Virus record (IMG/VR): IMGVR_UViG_3300033402_000054
Location: 1 to 26,930 of that record
DNA length: 26,930 bases
Reading direction: 5' to 3' (one strand)
DNA from: a virus
Taxonomy: Duplodnaviria; Caudoviricetes
Part shown: piece after piece, positions 23,506 through 26,930 of the stretch
Layout: each line of letters opens with the position of its first letter
Numbering within the stretch: position 1 is the stretch's first letter
The notes under the pieces: generated by a model
Database searches by the model: none
What the model was told of the DNA's origin: nothing
The model's input: only the letters and a program-made list of their open reading frames with translations
Program-made: the position numbers and the translations under genes

Positions 23506-25876
23506 GTTTACCCAGGCCATGGCTGACGAAGGACCTGCGCCGGGCGCCAACGCCTCGCAGATCGAGCCGGGTCCGGCGATCATCACCGGCATCCTTGGCG
23601 GCTATCACCCGCTCAAGCCGGTGGTCGAAGGCTGGATCGAGCGCTTCCGCCGCGCCCGCGAGATGCGCGAGCCGTGGCAGGACGTGGCCGACGAGTGCGA
23701 GATGTTCTACGGCGGCGCCCCTGGATTCCTCTGGGACCCGCGCTTCCGCCAGAAGCTGTGGGGGATCAACCACGGCGCGCTGAACCCCACCTTCGCCGTC
23801 CACTTGGCAAAGGCTTTCGAGTTGGTGGCGTTGATCGGGCCGGCCCTCTACTGGCGTAATCCCGAGCGGACGGCGACGCCGCGGGGAATGGTTCAGCCGC
23901 CGCCGCAGATGTTCGGCGACCCGAGCAGCAACCCGCAGGCGGCGCAGGCGATGCAGCAGATCGGGCAGATGGTCCAGCAGGAAATGACGACCCGCTCGGC
24001 CCGGGCGCAACTGATGGAAACCGCCCTGAACTACGGGCCGCTGGAGTACAAGCTGTACCGCGAAGGGGAGTTGGCGGTAAATGACGGGCTCATTTCCGGC
24101 CGGGGCGTTTTGTTCACGGAACCGTATCTGTTACCCGGCAGCCAGCGAAGAATGATCGGGTCTTTCCGCTGCAATCCGCGGGACTTCTTCATCGACCCCG
24201 ACGCGGAGAGACTCGATCACGGCTGGTGGATCGCCCGGCGGACCTGGCAGCCCAAATGGCGGGTGGCCCGGCTGTGGAACATCCCCCGCGAGGTCTTCGA
24301 GTCGGCCGGGATCGTCGAGTCGGTCGAACAGCAGTCCCAGCGGCGCGCCGACATGATGGCCAATATCCACGAGGGCGGATTGGCCCAAGAGGACCTGCTG
24401 GAGGTCTGGGAAGTCTGGTCGAAGATGGGCGTCGGCGTCCGCCAGAAGGCGATCAAAACACCGATCAAGCGTGAACTTGAGCAGGCGGTCGGGGACTACG
24501 CGCACCTGACCGTTTGCGCCGGGGTGCCCTTCCCGTTGAACATGCCGACCGATCGGTTCGTCTCGGCCACCGTGCAAGAGGTCCGCAAGGCGTTCGAGTG
24601 GCCGTATCCGACCTGGGCGGAGGGCAAGTGGCCGTGCTCGGTGCTCGACTTCTATCCGCACCCGCGCCACGCCTACCCGGTGCCCCCGATGAGCCCGGGC
24701 CTGGGCGAACTGAAGGCGATGAACGTGATTTTCTCGCACGTCGTCAGCCGGACCTGGAAGTCTTGCCGGGACTTCATCACCGTGCTGGAATCGGCGCGAA
24801 AGAACGTGGAGGGCGTGCTGGCCGAGGGAAAGGACCTGGACTTCCTGGTGCTGGACGACGCGATGTACAAGAACATCAACGAGGTCGTGCAGATCCTCCA
24901 GTTCCCCCCGGCCAACAAAGACATTTGGGAAGTCATCGATCGGCTGGCGGCCAGTTTTGACCGCCGCGTCGGGCTGTCGGAAATCTACGCGGCGCTGGGG
25001 CAGGCTGGTTCGCCGATCCGCTCCGCCACCGATTCCGACAACCGGCAGCGGACCGGATCGATCCGCACCAACGGCATGGCGATGAAGGTCGAGCAGTGGC
25101 AGGCGGACTGCGCCAAGCTGGAAGCCTTCGGCCTGAAGTGGTTCGTGCAGGCCCATGACGTGGAGGATTACATGGGGCCGATCGGCGCCCGCATGTGGGA
25201 CCAGTACATCGCCCAGGCTCCGGTGGAGCGGCTGCTGCGGGACATCGACTATTCGGTGGCGGCGAACAGCGCCCGCTGGCCGAACAAGGACCGCGACCTG
25301 GCGAACATCAACGACGCCATGCAGATCACGATGCCGGCCGTGCAGATGTATACGCAGATGACCCAGGACTTCGGGCCGCTGCAATGGCTGTTGCAGCAGT
25401 GGGGAAAGCTGGCCGAGCAGGACATGAGCGGCCTGGTGTTCCGGCCCCCGCAAGCCAATCCGCAACAGGCGATGCAGCAACAGCAGTTGCAGATCATGGC
25501 GCAGAAGGCGCAGGCCCAACAGCAGTTGGCCGCCCAGAAGGCCCAACAGGATTTCCAACTCCGCACGGCGCAGGTCACCACCGAGCAGCAGCGGAGGGCC
25601 GAGAGCCATCAGCTTCGCATGGTGCAGAAGGCCCAGGAGCACCAACTGGGAATGGGCGTGCAGCGGGACAGGCTGTTCGCCGACGTCGCACAGACGCGGT
25701 TGGGTGGGGCGGCGACGCTTCTCCAGGCGCAGGCCGGCGCCGAGGCCAAGTTGCTCGGCGCCCGGGCCGGGGCCGCGGCCAAGCTGGAGGTTGCCGACGC
25801 CGCCGCGGAGGCGAAGAGGCGGGCGCACGAGGGGGACGGGAACGGCAAACCGGGAGCGGGAGGCGACGGGCAATGA
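23498..25876 (+). CDS. Portal protein (large, with Gln-rich C-terminal coiled coil as in P22-type portals)
   Basis: 792 aa after TerL; W......MFY, D.LISGRG, P.DFFIDPDA, GLSE...G....SAT motifs typical of podovirus-type portals. Confidence 0.85.
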   Translation: MAEFTQAMADEGPAPGANASQIEPGPAIITGILGGYHPLKPVVEGWIERFRRAREMREPWQDVADECEMFYGGAPGFLWDPRFRQKLWGINHGALNPTFAVHLAKAFELVALIGPALYWRNPERTATPRGMVQPPPQMFGDPSSNPQAAQAMQQIGQMVQQEMTTRSARAQLMETALNYGPLEYKLYREGELAVNDGLISGRGVLFTEPYLLPGSQRRMIGSFRCNPRDFFIDPDAERLDHGWWIARRTWQPKWRVARLWNIPREVFESAGIVESVEQQSQRRADMMANIHEGGLAQEDLLEVWEVWSKMGVGVRQKAIKTPIKRELEQAVGDYAHLTVCAGVPFPLNMPTDRFVSATVQEVRKAFEWPYPTWAEGKWPCSVLDFYPHPRHAYPVPPMSPGLGELKAMNVIFSHVVSRTWKSCRDFITVLESARKNVEGVLAEGKDLDFLVLDDAMYKNINEVVQILQFPPANKDIWEVIDRLAASFDRRVGLSEIYAALGQAGSPIRSATDSDNRQRTGSIRTNGMAMKVEQWQADCAKLEAFGLKWFVQAHDVEDYMGPIGARMWDQYIAQAPVERLLRDIDYSVAANSARWPNKDRDLANINDAMQITMPAVQMYTQMTQDFGPLQWLLQQWGKLAEQDMSGLVFRPPQANPQQAMQQQQLQIMAQKAQAQQQLAAQKAQQDFQLRTAQVTTEQQRRAESHQLRMVQKAQEHQLGMGVQRDRLFADVAQTRLGGAATLLQAQAGAEAKLLGARAGAAAKLEVADAAAEAKRRAHEGDGNGKPGAGGDGQ

Positions 25877-26472
25877 CCGCATGGCCGCGAATTTCCGACC
25901 ACCAGGAAACACAGGCCCTCTACGAAGAGAGCCGGGCGGCGGGAAGTTCCCACGCCATCGCCCTGATTTGCGCCACGCGGCAGCCTCCGGGCGCGGTGAC
26001 CGACCGCGAGTTCAGCCGCGGGATCGGCACGCTCGCCCAGCAGTTCGACGGCGAGATACCCGTGCTGCGGCAGTTGGTGGCCAATGCACGGCGCAACGGC
26101 TACACGCCCAGCGACACGGATTGGTACAACCCGGCGCTGGTTCGGCCGGAAGTCGGACCGGGCGACCCCCAGGCATTCATTCCCCACGACGGCGGCCGTG
26201 GGCACGTCAAGCGGGTATGCCGCAAGAACGGGTGGCCCTGCGAGGGCGCGGTTACGGTGAAGGCCACCCCCGTGCGCCCGGCGGGGCCGCCCGAGCCGCC
26301 GATTGCCGAGGACATCATGCAACGGGCGATCGAGCAGGAAATCGCCAAAAATCCGGCCAAGGCCCTCAAGCTCGGCCAGTTGCGGCAGGAGATCGTGGAA
26401 AAGCACGCGGCGCCCGAGAGGGTCGCCCAATATCGCGAGCAACTCAAGGCCCACCGCAAGGTGAGGAGGTAG
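25873..26472 (+). CDS. Hypothetical protein
   Basis: GGAGG RBS, ATGA overlap with portal stop, coding-like codon bias. Confidence 0.75.
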   Translation: MTAWPRISDHQETQALYEESRAAGSSHAIALICATRQPPGAVTDREFSRGIGTLAQQFDGEIPVLRQLVANARRNGYTPSDTDWYNPALVRPEVGPGDPQAFIPHDGGRGHVKRVCRKNGWPCEGAVTVKATPVRPAGPPEPPIAEDIMQRAIEQEIAKNPAKALKLGQLRQEIVEKHAAPERVAQYREQLKAHRKVRR

Positions 26473-26474
26473 CG

Positions 26475-26930
26475 ATGCAGTACCGCGGTGTGAACACGGC
26501 CCCTATCTCGGTGACCGGGGCAAGCACGACTACGCTGGTGTCCGCGCAGACCGGTCATGACGGCCTGCCGGCGGCAATCGCCGTCCGCAAGCTGGCCTTC
26601 GGCGTCAGCGCCGCCTGCACGGTCCAGTTTGTGACCGTGGCGGCCGGATCGGCTGCCTGGCAGGCGAGCACCAGCTACGCCGCCGGCCAGATCGTGGGCG
26701 CAACGGGGACGCCGGCCAGCTACTACGTCTGCGCCGTCGGCGGCCTCAGCGGGGGAACCGCCCCGACGTGGGCCACGGGGATCAACGCCCAGACGATGGA
26801 AACACCGTCCTCCATCGGCGGCGTCAGCACGGCGGCATGGGCCGGCCAGACCGCTTACTCGGCCGGTCAAATCGTCGGTCCGGTCGGCAAGCCGCTCTCC
26901 TACTACGCCTGCGCCACGGCCGGGACGAGC
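26475..26930 (+). CDS. Partial virion protein with CBM5/12 (ChtBD3)-like Trp/Tyr repeats; runs off the window end, not in ORF track
   Basis: GAGGAGG RBS, ATG 26475, open to the end; two repeats AWQASTSYAAGQIVG...SYYVC and AWAGQTAYSAGQIVG...SYYAC. Confidence 0.75.
   Translation, partial: MQYRGVNTAPISVTGASTTTLVSAQTGHDGLPAAIAVRKLAFGVSAACTVQFVTVAAGSAAWQASTSYAAGQIVGATGTPASYYVCAVGGLSGGTAPTWATGINAQTMETPSSIGGVSTAAWAGQTAYSAGQIVGPVGKPLSYYACATAGTS

Larger units (their letters stand above)
1..26930 (+). mobile_element. Tailed dsDNA phage or prophage genome segment (replication, accessory, head and packaging modules); probable Planctomycetota host
   Basis: Terminase, portal, capsid, ERF/YqaJ, initiator/DnaB and RuvC-like genes in co-oriented, overlapping arrangement. 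No att site or integrase in the window, so prophage versus free phage is undetermined. Host inferred only from the DUF1580-like gene. Confidence 0.93.

Noticed and set aside
15982-25912. Long minus-strand ORFs (15982-17106, 17374-18621, 19329-20885, 21404-23257, 24131-25912)
   Set aside because: Antisense shadows of strongly biased GC-rich genes; no motifs, and each overlaps a well-supported + strand gene.

Overview
The whole 26.9 kb window reads as part of a GC-rich tailed dsDNA phage or prophage genome, almost entirely + strand and tightly packed with ATGA/GTGA gene overlaps. Order: (1) recombination and replication: ERF-family annealing protein, YqaJ/lambda-type exonuclease, replication initiator with internal 11-bp iterons, DnaB helicase; (2) small early/accessory genes: zinc-ribbon and YkgJ-type Cys proteins, an RNAP alpha-CTD-like protein, RuvC-like resolvase, a protein with 17 x 9-aa repeats, an Ead/Ea22-like protein and a C5-methyltransferase C-terminal fragment; (3) a separately promoted operon at about 11.0-15.65 kb rich in exported, membrane and Pro-rich proteins (membrane protein plus lipoprotein pair, exported thioredoxin, papain-like peptidase); (4) one minus-strand DUF1580-like HTH gene, which points to a Planctomycetota host; (5) a head/packaging module in unusual order: scaffold-like protein, major capsid protein, decoration-like protein, glycosyltransferase/methyltransferase-like fusion, TerS, TerL, portal, and a partial virion protein with carbohydrate-binding-like repeats. 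Most notable: two related sigma70-type promoters each followed by a multi-conformation structured RNA leader resembling P4 CI / P1 C4 antisense switches, and the thioredoxin plus cysteine peptidase envelope operon. No integrase, tRNA, CRISPR array or host gene was recognised. All family calls come from motif recognition by eye and all RNA pairings from manual inspection; no searches or folding were run.
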